From: Methanobacteriota archaeon
Lineage (GTDB): Archaea; Thermoplasmatota; Thermoplasmata; RBG-16-68-12
DNA length: 64,000 nucleotides
Assembly: GCA_005878485.1 (NCBI GenBank)
Contig: VBMG01000046.1
Span: 18-64,017 of the forward strand
Reading direction: 5' to 3'
Shown: piece after piece, positions 55,822-64,000 of the stretch
Layout: each line of letters begins with the position of its first letter
How positions within the stretch are numbered: position 1 is the first letter of the stretch
Translations under genes and position numbers: made by a program
The notes under the pieces: model-generated
Told to the model about the DNA's origin: nothing
The model's database searches: none
The model's input: the letters and a program-made list of their open reading frames with translations, nothing else

Positions 55822-56589
55822 TCAGGTCTGTTGGCGCCGGCGAAGCCCGATCGTGACGATCAGGACGGGGACGAACACCGCGATCCCGATCAAGACGGTC
55901 CAACCCGTGCTCAATGGGGCGCTGCCGCGGTAGAAGAGGCTCGAGACGACGACCTCGCCTCGGGCCGGATCGATCACGCCGTTCCGATCCAGGTCCGCTT
56001 CGATGCGTACCTGATGGGTCCCAGACTGCAAGTTCGCCGGCAAGTAATTGAAGGTCGCCGTGGCCGAGCCGCTCGGATTGATTCGCGCGATCGTCTCCGT
56101 GCCCACGAGGGCTCCGTCGACGTAGAACCGCACGGTGACGTTGACTGCGGCCGTCGTCCCCTGGTTCGTGAACGTCGCGCTCAGGACGACCGGGGTAACC
56201 ACGACGATCGACTTCTGCACGGTCGTGTTCTCGACGGTCGATCCGACCGAGGCCGAAATCTTCACGAAAAGGGTGATCGTCTGCTCGGCTTGCGGCGCGG
56301 TGACGTTCAGCCGGAACGTGGTGCGATTATCCGTCGCGGTCGTCGGATTCGCAGCGGTCGGGAGCCCGCCGGCCGCGTTGGATCCCGTGATGTGCCATTG
56401 GACCGTGTACCTGACCGCTCCATCGGGACCGCCAAAAATCGTCAGATTGTACACCCCGGCCTGTCCAGGGGCGATCGCATCGGGACCCGCCAAGCTGCCG
56501 TAGAGCGGTCCCAAGCCCGAGGCCGGGACGACCGAGAGGACCAACGCAGCCAGCACCGCGAGTCCGGCAACGAGGGGTCGCGCGGCCAC
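55822..56589 (-). CDS. secreted, C-terminally anchored surface protein rich in N-glycosylation sequons (probable AglB substrate)
   Basis: Signal peptide, more than 10 N-x-T/S sites (NLT, NRT, NVT, NTT...), C-terminal TM plus RRRQQ. Start overlaps the AglB stop. Confidence 0.6.
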   Translation of the reverse strand: MAARPLVAGLAVLAALVLSVVPASGLGPLYGSLAGPDAIAPGQAGVYNLTIFGGPDGAVRYTVQWHITGSNAAGGLPTAANPTTATDNRTTFRLNVTAPQAEQTITLFVKISASVGSTVENTTVQKSIVVVTPVVLSATFTNQGTTAAVNVTVRFYVDGALVGTETIARINPSGSATATFNYLPANLQSGTHQVRIEADLDRNGVIDPARGEVVVSSLFYRGSAPLSTGWTVLIGIAVFVPVLIVTIGLRRRQQT

Positions 56590-56590
56590 G

Positions 56591-59500
56591 TCACCGCCTC
56601 CGCCGGGTCAGGAACAATCCCGCCCCAACCGCCGCCACGGCGCCGACGACCGCGGCGAGGATTAGGAGGTTGAACGGCGCCGTGGAGGTGATGTCGGGGC
56701 CGCTCACGGTCGGCGCGCCGGAGTCCAGGGCCGGGAGCCGCAGCGTGAAGACGGTCGTCGCGGAGACCGCCATCGAGTCCTGTGCGAACACCTGGACCAC
56801 GGCCGTCGCGCCGCTCGCCCCGCTCGCAGATTTGGCATGGAGCCGGATTTGCACCGTCGAATTCGCCGGGACCGTGACGCCCGTCAACGTCGGACCCGTC
56901 GGGGATCCGGTGGTCGTCGCGAGTTTCGCAGTCCATCCCACCGCGACGAGGTCGTCGGGGTTCGTGATCGCGACCGTGACCGTTTCCGCCGCGTTGCCCG
57001 AGTTCTTCACGACGAGCGTGTCGTTCAAGAACCGACCGTCGAAGACCGCGGACCCGGGATCCAGGGACAGCGCGAGGCTTCGCACCCGCTGGATGCCGAC
57101 CCTCACTTCGACAGTCCCCCCGGTGGTCCCGGCGTCCCGGGAGGTCGCTCCAATCAGGATCGTGCCGTGGTCGACGAGCGCGTCCGCCGGGCTCTTGATC
57201 GTCACCTGGACCGCGGACGCCGTTCCCCCCGTGCCGAAGTCCAACGCAACCGACGGAGGAGCGAAGGAGAATTGCCAGGTCGTCGGCTGGCCGGAGAGGT
57301 CGAACGTCTCCGCGACATTCCCCGAATTCCGCACGACGACGACGTAGGTCACGGAGCCGCCTCCGGCGATCTGCTGCTCCTGCGACGAATCCCACGTGAG
57401 CGTGGCAGCGTGACTGACGACCTTGGCGAGGGCCAAGTTCAGGATCGTGTCCGCATCAATCTCGACGGAGGACGTCGTGCGGTACGTGACCGATATCCCG
57501 TGTTCGATCGCGGTCGTCGAAGACTCGATCGTGTAGAGGCCGGTCGGGAGGACGACCTGGTACGCCCCTTGGGCATTCGACGTGAGATTGAGCTGGCCGC
57601 CCGACTGGATCGTGATCGACGCGGGCGTCCCCGCCCCCTGGGCATTCAGCGTGACCCCGGACAGCCGGAACGCGTTCGCGAGGGCGAGGTTCTGCGCGAA
57701 CGAGGTCGCGTGGGGCACGGTGATCCGTGCGAGCAACGCGCTGTCTCGGGAGGCCCGTGTCACGTATACGTCGTACGTCCCCGGCGCGAGGGAAACCGAA
57801 TAGGCACCGCTCGAATCGGCGGCCGTCTGGGACGCGATCGACCCGCCGCCGCGCGCGAAGAACGACACGGTCGCGTCGACGCCGATTCCGCTCCGGCTCA
57901 CCGTTCCGGAGACGGTCGTGTTGTCGAGCGTCCGCGTCACGAGGAGGTCGAACGCCAGCGCCGACGCGTCCGGAGGGACCGTCAGACTCCCCGAGAACGC
58001 GTACTGAAAGAAGCGGGACACCCCGCCCGATGTCGCGTTGTTTGTGCCGCTCAATTGGATCGAGTAATTTCCCGGCGCGAGGAACACGATGTATGCGCCA
58101 GACGTGTCCGTGGAGGTCGGCACGGAGCCGCCTTCGAGTCGCACGAACGACACGGGCATCGGCCCTGGCACGGCGACTCCGTTCACGAGCGCCTTTCCCG
58201 AGACGATGATGGCCGTCAAGAGAGCGAACGTCAGGTTCGTCGCGGAGGGTGCTTTCGCGGTCGCCATGAAAACGTATCGGGTCGACCCGATCGTTTCGTT
58301 GCCGACGACCGCGTAGTCGCCGGGCACGAGATAAACCTCGAAGCCTTGCGCGGTCGCGATGGCCGTTCGTTGCTCCGGCCCATCAAACCGAAGGGAGGCC
58401 TCGGTGTTCGTCCCGCCGAGGGTCACATTCCCCCGGACCAGCGTTCTCATGACGATGTTGATGTCGTATGCGAGGGACGTCTGGCCCACGGCGACGACAA
58501 TCCGGTCCGTGCCAACGTTCTGGTACCGCGAGTCCCGCGTTGAGGACACGTTCTCGTCGACGACGAGCGCGTAGGATCCCGGAGCGAGGCTGAAGCCGTA
58601 GCCGCCGTTCGAGTCCGTCGACGTCGTTGCGGCGACCGCTCCCGGTCCGAGGGCGACCGCCCGGATCACGATTGGATGGTTCAGGACCGGGGCTCCCGAT
58701 AGGAGGACGCTCCCCTGGATCTCGACGGAGAGAGGCGTGAGGGCGACCGGCATCCTCGTGCGCAGGTCGATCGGGGCGGAGGCGGGGATCGACCGCGGTG
58801 CGTAGCCGGCCGCGTCGACGGTGCCGGAGTACGTCCGGTTCCCGAAGAGGGGGATCCGGAACTCGCCCGTCGCATTCGTCGTGAAGGTGATGTGGACCCC
58901 GCGGTCGTCCGTCAAGACGATATGGGCGCCCGGGATTGCCTCCCCGGCATCGACGGCTTGGTTCCCGTTCAAGTCCCGGTAGACGCTCCAGCTGACGATC
59001 TCGGACGTCCCGACGAGGGCGATTCGGAGGGTCGGGGTCCCGGAGAGAGACACCGACGCGAAGGACGCGCCATCTTGGTTGAAGGCCTCGACGTCGTACG
59101 CACCCGCGGGGAGGAACGCGAGGTAGCCGCCCGTGGGATCCGTCCGGAGCCATCGCTGTCCGGAGGCGCTGACGAAGGCTACCGTCGCCTCCGGATTCAG
59201 GACGGCAGGGTTCGCGTCTTTCACCGTCCCCGTCAAGCGCACGCCCTGGACGAACATCGCCTGATACGAGGTCGTCGCTCCGGCCGGGACGACGACGGTG
59301 CCGAGCGTCGCGAAGAGCCCGCTCGAGCCGTAAAACCGTCCGCTCACAAACCATTCTCCCGCCCCGAGACGGATTGAGAAGCGCGCAGTCCCGTCCGAGG
59401 TCGTGGACCGGATCGTCCGCGGGTCCGTGGCGGACTGGAAATCCAGACTCGCGAAGGGCTGCGCGGTCCCGAACAAGGTCGTCGTGCCCGCGACGGTCCC

Positions 59501-62500
59501 CGAGGGCAGCAGCGTGAGGTTGAGGGCGATGTCGGTGGTCCCGGCGCGGATCCGCTGGGGCACCGAGGCGAGATTCCCGGCCTCCGCCGTGACGGTGAAG
59601 TTGCCGGCGAGGAGCGGACGGACCGCGTACGCTCCGTTTGCCCCCGAGATGAGCGGGATGATCGTGGAGTTCGTCTCGTCGCGGAACGTGATGTCCGCGG
59701 ACGGGACGGAGCCGCCCGCACCGGACTGCGTGAACCCGTGGACCTCGACGAAGGGCACGCTGATGTCGTGCGTGGCGTCCGTCGTCGCGATCGACACGAT
59801 GGCCACGGAGGTGGTGCGTCCCGCCGTCGCGACGGTCGCGGTGAAGACGCCCACGGGCAGGTCGGCGATCGCATAGGTCCCGTCGTTCGCGGAGGTCGTC
59901 CTCCGGGTGTATGCGAAGTCCGCGTCCGTCAACGTGAGGACGGCCCCGGGCGCCGGCTGGTCGCCTGTTCCGAAGGAGCCGTCATGGTTCAAGTCGAAAA
60001 ACACGGTCCCGCGGGCGGAGTGCGGCGTCACTTGGAGATCCTGGGTCATGATCCAGTCCGGCACGCCGTCCCCGTTCGCGTCCGCGGGCACCCGCATCGC
60101 TTGGTCGAGCGTCACCGGAATTCGGACGGATGCCAACGTGCTGGCGCCGATCAGGGTCGTCCTCGTCACCGCGCCGACGGATGCAGTGATCGTGACGTTG
60201 CCGAACGGGACGATGGCGCTGTAGCGGCCGTTCGCATCCGTCTGGGTCACGTAGTGCGGCGTCCCGAGCTCATCCGTGACGGTGATCCGCACGCCGGGCA
60301 GCGGTTGCGCGCCGGACCACACGGTGCCGTTCACCCATGCGCCGTCGTAGTAGCGGAGGAAGATGACGCCGTTCTCCACGGTCGACCGCGTGTTAAGGTC
60401 CGCGACCCCTTTGATGGTCCCGGCCGCGATCTGCGATTGTTTTTTCTGCGCTTGGTCGTAGTTCATCGCCTGCCACGCCGTCGTGTGGTTCGCGGGGTCG
60501 GTGAACGGATTGTAGTACGCGGTGCGGTAGACGACCCGCCAGTGGGTGAGGTTCCACGCCGGGACGGGCGGATTCGCTCGGAGGGCCGTGCTGAACCCGG
60601 GGATTCCCGTGTCCGTGGAGTTCAGGTCCTTCGGCGCGTAACCGATGTACGCCCGGTAGAACATGGAGTTGTAGAAGGCCGGCTGGTACACGATTGTCGT
60701 GCTCGAAACCTGGTCGCCCGGCTGCACGAGCTGTAGCGGGATGTTCTGGGCGTTCTGCGTATTCGCGAAGATTTGGAAGAAGTCGATCGGCAAGACGCGG
60801 CCATCGGGGAGGTTCAGGACCCGGTGGTCCGAGAGTTTCACCGGCGCGTAGAAGATGCCCGTGTTCGACGCGCTGATGGGGAAGAGCCGCGAATCCACCG
60901 CGAAGTATCCGATGTTCCATCCGGTGACGTCGCGGATGGCGTGATACAACGAGACGACGCTGTTCTCCGTCAAGTGGCCGGCGATCAGGTTCGTCAGGAA
61001 GACATACGCGGCGTTCGTCGGCTGGAGATCCGGGGCCCACAGCCCGAACGTGGTCGGGTCCGACTGGACGACCGACACGTAGGCGTCCCGGTGGAGGAAC
61101 ACGTTGCGGACGACGGCGGACGAGACTCCCGCGGACTCCAAGGCGGCCGTTACGGCCGGGCGGAAGTTCTTGTTGTTCGCCGCGAAGTCGCCTTCGAGGA
61201 GCCGGATCACGAGGAGGGCGATTCCCTCCGTCTCGTTCTGGGCCGTGATGAACTGGCCCGGGAGCTGGTAGCCGTTCTGGAAGTTGTCCGCGACGGTCGG
61301 ATGGACGCCCCGATCGACGGCCTCGAAGCCGTAGTCCCACCATGACAGGAACGCGGGCCGGAGCTCGGGCGGGGTGGCCGCGTCTTGCGTGGCGAACCAC
61401 TGCCAGGCCGCCGGATAGTAGTCCGTCGACTTCGGGATACCGTACCCGAACGCCCCGAAGTAGAACGTGCCGCTGCTCGGGTCGTATGGCGCGCGGAGGA
61501 ACGAGGGCAGGAGGTTCGCGACCTGTTGATCGTACTGCGACTTGAGTTCGAACGGGATCGACGCGTCGATCGCCCACCATACGTTCGGGAGGACGACCAG
61601 GAAGACGATACCGAGCACCACGAGGATGTGCCGGACTTTCACGGATTTCCGGACCGCGTTCCGCCAACTGCCTTCCGCGAGGGACCGGTACGTGCGGCGC
61701 ATGCCCGCGAAATCGGCGCGGACGAGCACCTGGTTGATCGCGAAGCCCGCCGAAATCGCGAACGCGGGCGAAGCGTCGAAGATGAACCGCGCGGCCGTGA
61801 TCGCCATGAAGACCGCGGCGAAGGCCCAGACCGTGACGAGGCTGTACGCCGGGTCCCTCCGGCGCGGGACTTGCCACAGCAGGTACGCGATCGCGGCGAG
61901 GCTCACGCCGAACGTGAAGACGCCGAACGACAGGATGATCTGGGACATCCCCGGCGATTGGTCTTCCGCGATGGTCGTGACGACCTTCGTCTGGACGAAG
62001 TACCCGGCGCCCGTGAAGAAGGCGCTCGCGAGGGTCGGGTTCACGAGGATGCCGACGCCGAGTCCCACGCCGGCCGCGATCAACGTGCTCGGGATGACGA
62101 GCGTCCACGGATAGTCGCGGGTGACGGTGAAGGCGAGGCCGAGGATGAACGCCGCGAAGAACAGATACGCGGGCACGTCGAACCACACACGGATCTGGAC
62201 CCGGACGTAGTACCACTGGAAAGCCAGCACGAGCGGCGTCACAAGCGCGATCGCGAACAGGAGCCAGGTCCCCATCGTGTCCTCGTTCCGGAACCGGGCG
62301 AGGAACAACTCCGCGGCGAACCATACGAGCATGATGACGACCACGTAGGCCCAGCCCTGCCAAGCGAGGGCGATCACCGTGACGCTGAGGCCGGCGAAGA
62401 GGGCATACAGGACGCTGGACCGATTCTCCCGGAAGAACGCCCGGACGCCCGTGGCAATCGCCTCCCGTCGGAACCAGTTCTCGACCCACCGCCGGCGGTT

Positions 62501-63088
62501 CATCGTCTTCAGCGCGCGGAGGAAGAAGTAGAACGTCGCGACGACGAAGAACAGCGTGAAGGCGTCGTGGTCCGCATCCGTCGAAGCGCTCCGCTGCAGG
62601 TTCCCCACGCTGACCGCGAGGAGGAACGCGCTGACGAGCCCCGCCTTCCGGCCGAACGCCTCCTTCGCGAGGCCGTACGTCGGGACGACCGTGAGGGCCC
62701 CGAAGAGCCCCGAACTCAGCAGCCAGACGAAGACGACCGAGTTCCACGGGTCGCTGAAGAGGGGCGCGAACAGCCGTCCGGCGAGGAGCGAGAACCACGG
62801 GTACAGCGGCGGCCGCGGGTTCTGGAAGGAAACGGGATAGTTGAGCATGGAGTCGCGACCCAGGTCCCGCCCCGTCTGGAACGAATAACACAGGGCCCGA
62901 TCCCAATAGTATGAGTCCGACCCGCCCGAGTACGGCGGCGTGTAGATCGCGGTGCAGTCTGGCGGGACCGGATGGAAGGCGATCCCGTACACGAAGTAGA
63001 CGCGCAGGAACAGCGCGAGGCCGAAGATCAACACGAGGGCGACGGCGGTCCGCCAGTGGGTGCGAAGCCACCCCTTCCCTTCGTCCAC
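56591..63088 (-). CDS. aglB: archaeal oligosaccharyltransferase AglB (STT3 family) with ~1300-aa C-terminal extension of tandem carboxypeptidase-regulatory-like (prealbumin-fold) repeats and a terminal TM anchor
   Basis: 13-TM N-terminal region with SDSYYWD (DxD-like) and WWDYG motifs. 11 or more repeats of G-x-Y-x-hydrophobic-x-L/V-P-x-G-x-Y (ANGRYSAIVPFGNVTITA, DGTYAIADLPVGVFTATV, SGAYSVSLAPGTYDVYVTR, etc.). Strong TATA gatatatag about 35 nt upstream. Confidence 0.85.
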   Translation of the reverse strand: MDEGKGWLRTHWRTAVALVLIFGLALFLRVYFVYGIAFHPVPPDCTAIYTPPYSGGSDSYYWDRALCYSFQTGRDLGRDSMLNYPVSFQNPRPPLYPWFSLLAGRLFAPLFSDPWNSVVFVWLLSSGLFGALTVVPTYGLAKEAFGRKAGLVSAFLLAVSVGNLQRSASTDADHDAFTLFFVVATFYFFLRALKTMNRRRWVENWFRREAIATGVRAFFRENRSSVLYALFAGLSVTVIALAWQGWAYVVVIMLVWFAAELFLARFRNEDTMGTWLLFAIALVTPLVLAFQWYYVRVQIRVWFDVPAYLFFAAFILGLAFTVTRDYPWTLVIPSTLIAAGVGLGVGILVNPTLASAFFTGAGYFVQTKVVTTIAEDQSPGMSQIILSFGVFTFGVSLAAIAYLLWQVPRRRDPAYSLVTVWAFAAVFMAITAARFIFDASPAFAISAGFAINQVLVRADFAGMRRTYRSLAEGSWRNAVRKSVKVRHILVVLGIVFLVVLPNVWWAIDASIPFELKSQYDQQVANLLPSFLRAPYDPSSGTFYFGAFGYGIPKSTDYYPAAWQWFATQDAATPPELRPAFLSWWDYGFEAVDRGVHPTVADNFQNGYQLPGQFITAQNETEGIALLVIRLLEGDFAANNKNFRPAVTAALESAGVSSAVVRNVFLHRDAYVSVVQSDPTTFGLWAPDLQPTNAAYVFLTNLIAGHLTENSVVSLYHAIRDVTGWNIGYFAVDSRLFPISASNTGIFYAPVKLSDHRVLNLPDGRVLPIDFFQIFANTQNAQNIPLQLVQPGDQVSSTTIVYQPAFYNSMFYRAYIGYAPKDLNSTDTGIPGFSTALRANPPVPAWNLTHWRVVYRTAYYNPFTDPANHTTAWQAMNYDQAQKKQSQIAAGTIKGVADLNTRSTVENGVIFLRYYDGAWVNGTVWSGAQPLPGVRITVTDELGTPHYVTQTDANGRYSAIVPFGNVTITASVGAVTRTTLIGASTLASVRIPVTLDQAMRVPADANGDGVPDWIMTQDLQVTPHSARGTVFFDLNHDGSFGTGDQPAPGAVLTLTDADFAYTRRTTSANDGTYAIADLPVGVFTATVATAGRTTSVAIVSIATTDATHDISVPFVEVHGFTQSGAGGSVPSADITFRDETNSTIIPLISGANGAYAVRPLLAGNFTVTAEAGNLASVPQRIRAGTTDIALNLTLLPSGTVAGTTTLFGTAQPFASLDFQSATDPRTIRSTTSDGTARFSIRLGAGEWFVSGRFYGSSGLFATLGTVVVPAGATTSYQAMFVQGVRLTGTVKDANPAVLNPEATVAFVSASGQRWLRTDPTGGYLAFLPAGAYDVEAFNQDGASFASVSLSGTPTLRIALVGTSEIVSWSVYRDLNGNQAVDAGEAIPGAHIVLTDDRGVHITFTTNATGEFRIPLFGNRTYSGTVDAAGYAPRSIPASAPIDLRTRMPVALTPLSVEIQGSVLLSGAPVLNHPIVIRAVALGPGAVAATTSTDSNGGYGFSLAPGSYALVVDENVSSTRDSRYQNVGTDRIVVAVGQTSLAYDINIVMRTLVRGNVTLGGTNTEASLRFDGPEQRTAIATAQGFEVYLVPGDYAVVGNETIGSTRYVFMATAKAPSATNLTFALLTAIIVSGKALVNGVAVPGPMPVSFVRLEGGSVPTSTDTSGAYIVFLAPGNYSIQLSGTNNATSGGVSRFFQYAFSGSLTVPPDASALAFDLLVTRTLDNTTVSGTVSRSGIGVDATVSFFARGGGSIASQTAADSSGAYSVSLAPGTYDVYVTRASRDSALLARITVPHATSFAQNLALANAFRLSGVTLNAQGAGTPASITIQSGGQLNLTSNAQGAYQVVLPTGLYTIESSTTAIEHGISVTYRTTSSVEIDADTILNLALAKVVSHAATLTWDSSQEQQIAGGGSVTYVVVVRNSGNVAETFDLSGQPTTWQFSFAPPSVALDFGTGGTASAVQVTIKSPADALVDHGTILIGATSRDAGTTGGTVEVRVGIQRVRSLALSLDPGSAVFDGRFLNDTLVVKNSGNAAETVTVAITNPDDLVAVGWTAKLATTTGSPTGPTLTGVTVPANSTVQIRLHAKSASGASGATAVVQVFAQDSMAVSATTVFTLRLPALDSGAPTVSGPDITSTAPFNLLILAAVVGAVAAVGAGLFLTRRRR

Positions 63089-63120
63089 GACGCGATAAAC
63101 CTCCGGGAGGCTGCGCCCAT

Positions 63121-63130
63121 GAGGGAACGC
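63121..63130. promoter_or_regulatory. palindromic TATA box (ctatatatcg) between divergent aglB and trm112
   Basis: Only AT-rich decamer in the 180-bp divergent intergenic region. Confidence 0.35.
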
Positions 63131-63266
63131 CTATATATCGCTTGTTCGGAGTTCCGCCGAGGGCGTGCGGCCTCCCGATGGGGCGGCCCGACAAGAGCCT
63201 TTTGGGACGGACCTTGGAGGCCAGCGCGCGATGGGCTTAAGACGCCCGCCCGCCTTCCGGCGCCCG

Positions 63267-63443
63267 ATGAAGCGGGACCTCATGGAGATCTTGTGTTGCC
63301 CCGTCTGCAAGGGCGATCTCGCTCTAACCGTCGATGTGGAGAAGGGAGAGATCCTCGAGGGCTCGCTGTTCTGCAAGAACTGCAATCATCGGTACGAGAT
63401 CAAGGACGGGATCCCGGACCTGCTTCCGCCCGATTTCAAATGA
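63267..63443 (+). CDS. trm112: Trm112-like zinc-finger protein (methyltransferase activator)
   Basis: MKRDLMEILCCPVCKGDL...LFCKNCNHRYEIKDGIPDLLP. Internal ATG chosen; the upstream ORF part is Arg/Pro-rich. Confidence 0.75.
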   Translation: MKRDLMEILCCPVCKGDLALTVDVEKGEILEGSLFCKNCNHRYEIKDGIPDLLPPDFK

Positions 63444-63939
63444 ACTCGGCCTGCGCCGCGACGACGCCTGTGCTGTCCTTCGCCCCCATGTAGGCGTCGA
63501 GCGGCTCGCGGTTAAGAGTGAGGAATTGTCCGCCCCAAACGAACTTCGCGAGGATCGTCCGCGCTTCGTCCTCGCGGCCAAAGATGACGAGCGCCGCCGC
63601 GAGCGCCTCGACGGAGGACAGGACGAACGGTTTCCCGTAATTCACCGGGTTCGCGGCGAGGAGGTACGGGAGGGCGCGCGGAGTTGCCTGGGGCACCTTC
63701 GGAAATTCGCCGCGCTTCCACGAGACGTCGACGACGGCGAGTCCGCGGCGTTCCGCACGGGGCGCGTCGGCGCGGGACAGGGCGCGATCGCTCTCCGGCG
63801 TCAGGAGGATCGCCCCGCTCGGGAGAGCGCTCGGTCGCGGGACGAACGTCATGAGCCCGAGCCGTTCGAGTCGGCGGGAGGTGCACCGCTTCGGGTCGCA
63901 CTGTCCGGCGTGGTAGGCCAGCAGTCGGATTGTCTTCAT
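63436..63939 (-). CDS. tsr3: 16S rRNA aminocarboxypropyltransferase Tsr3 (DUF367)
   Basis: LLAYHAGQCDPKRCTSRRLERLGL, VVDVSWKRGEF, LPYLLAANPVNYGKPFVLSSVEALAAALVIFG match the Tsr3 family. Confidence 0.8.
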   Translation of the reverse strand: MKTIRLLAYHAGQCDPKRCTSRRLERLGLMTFVPRPSALPSGAILLTPESDRALSRADAPRAERRGLAVVDVSWKRGEFPKVPQATPRALPYLLAANPVNYGKPFVLSSVEALAAALVIFGREDEARTILAKFVWGGQFLTLNREPLDAYMGAKDSTGVVAAQAEFI

Positions 63940-64000
63940 GGCGTCCTTCAGGGTCTCATGAACTCCGCGTACAACTGGAGACCGAGCGGGAGGCGCCGAG

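Noticed and set aside
60393-63194. 933-aa minus-strand ORF inside the AglB gene
   Set aside because: It is an alternative frame of aglB with extreme Arg/Pro/Gly composition. The 2165-aa frame carries the STT3 motifs and TM helices.
1-64000. CRISPR arrays, IS elements, integrases, rRNA genes
   Set aside because: There are no regularly spaced direct repeats, no transposase or integrase-like ORFs and no rRNA-like conserved stretches. The only repeats found are the sRNA-like pair at 43.3-43.5 kb and short motif duplications listed in findings.

Overview
High-GC (~65%) archaeal chromosomal window, most likely from a Thermoplasmata-lineage archaeon. The proteasome alpha N-terminus is nearly identical to Thermoplasma PsmA, and the window contains the archaeal exosome superoperon (pop5, psmA, sdo1, rrp4, rrp41, rrp42, rpl37ae, rpoP, pcc1, pfdB, DUF106/cmk, cbf5) and an archaeal-type riboflavin operon. 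Gene content is mostly housekeeping. It covers translation and RNA processing (S17e, L37Ae, two RNase P protein subunits, exosome, Cbf5, Trm112, Tsr3, MetRS, TBP, RpoP), purine and folate metabolism (purN, purH, purD, folD, metF), riboflavin synthesis (ribB, ribL, ribC, ribH), FtsZ, an ABC-2 exporter, lipid geranylgeranyl reductase, DNA repair (RNase HII, EndoV) and several secreted or surface proteins. There are no CRISPR arrays, rRNA genes or obvious mobile elements. The unusual content is as follows. (1) Two tRNA genes, initiator tRNA-Met and tRNA-Ser(GGA), can only be folded if introns are removed from the T-loop region near position 59/60; the tRNAi-Met also carries a canonical 37/38 intron. 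(2) A tandem pair of about 60-70 nt sRNA-like elements, each with a TATA-like box, an identical 29-nt core and a hairpin plus oligo-T terminator. (3) An operon of a KaiC-like ATPase, a Roadblock/LC7-like protein and two paralogous uncharacterized proteins. This lies next to translin and to a 2165-aa AglB oligosaccharyltransferase with more than 11 tandem carboxypeptidase-regulatory-like repeats, which is co-transcribed with a sequon-rich surface protein. (4) A DUF106 (Oxa1/EMC3-like) insertase fused in frame to a cytidylate-kinase domain that has lost its P-loop. (5) An EndoV with an N-terminal alkyltransferase-like (Cys to Ala) domain. (6) A 12-codon oligo-lysine micro-ORF behind a perfect Shine-Dalgarno sequence. 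Many long ORFs in the six-frame track are high-GC shadow frames and are not called.
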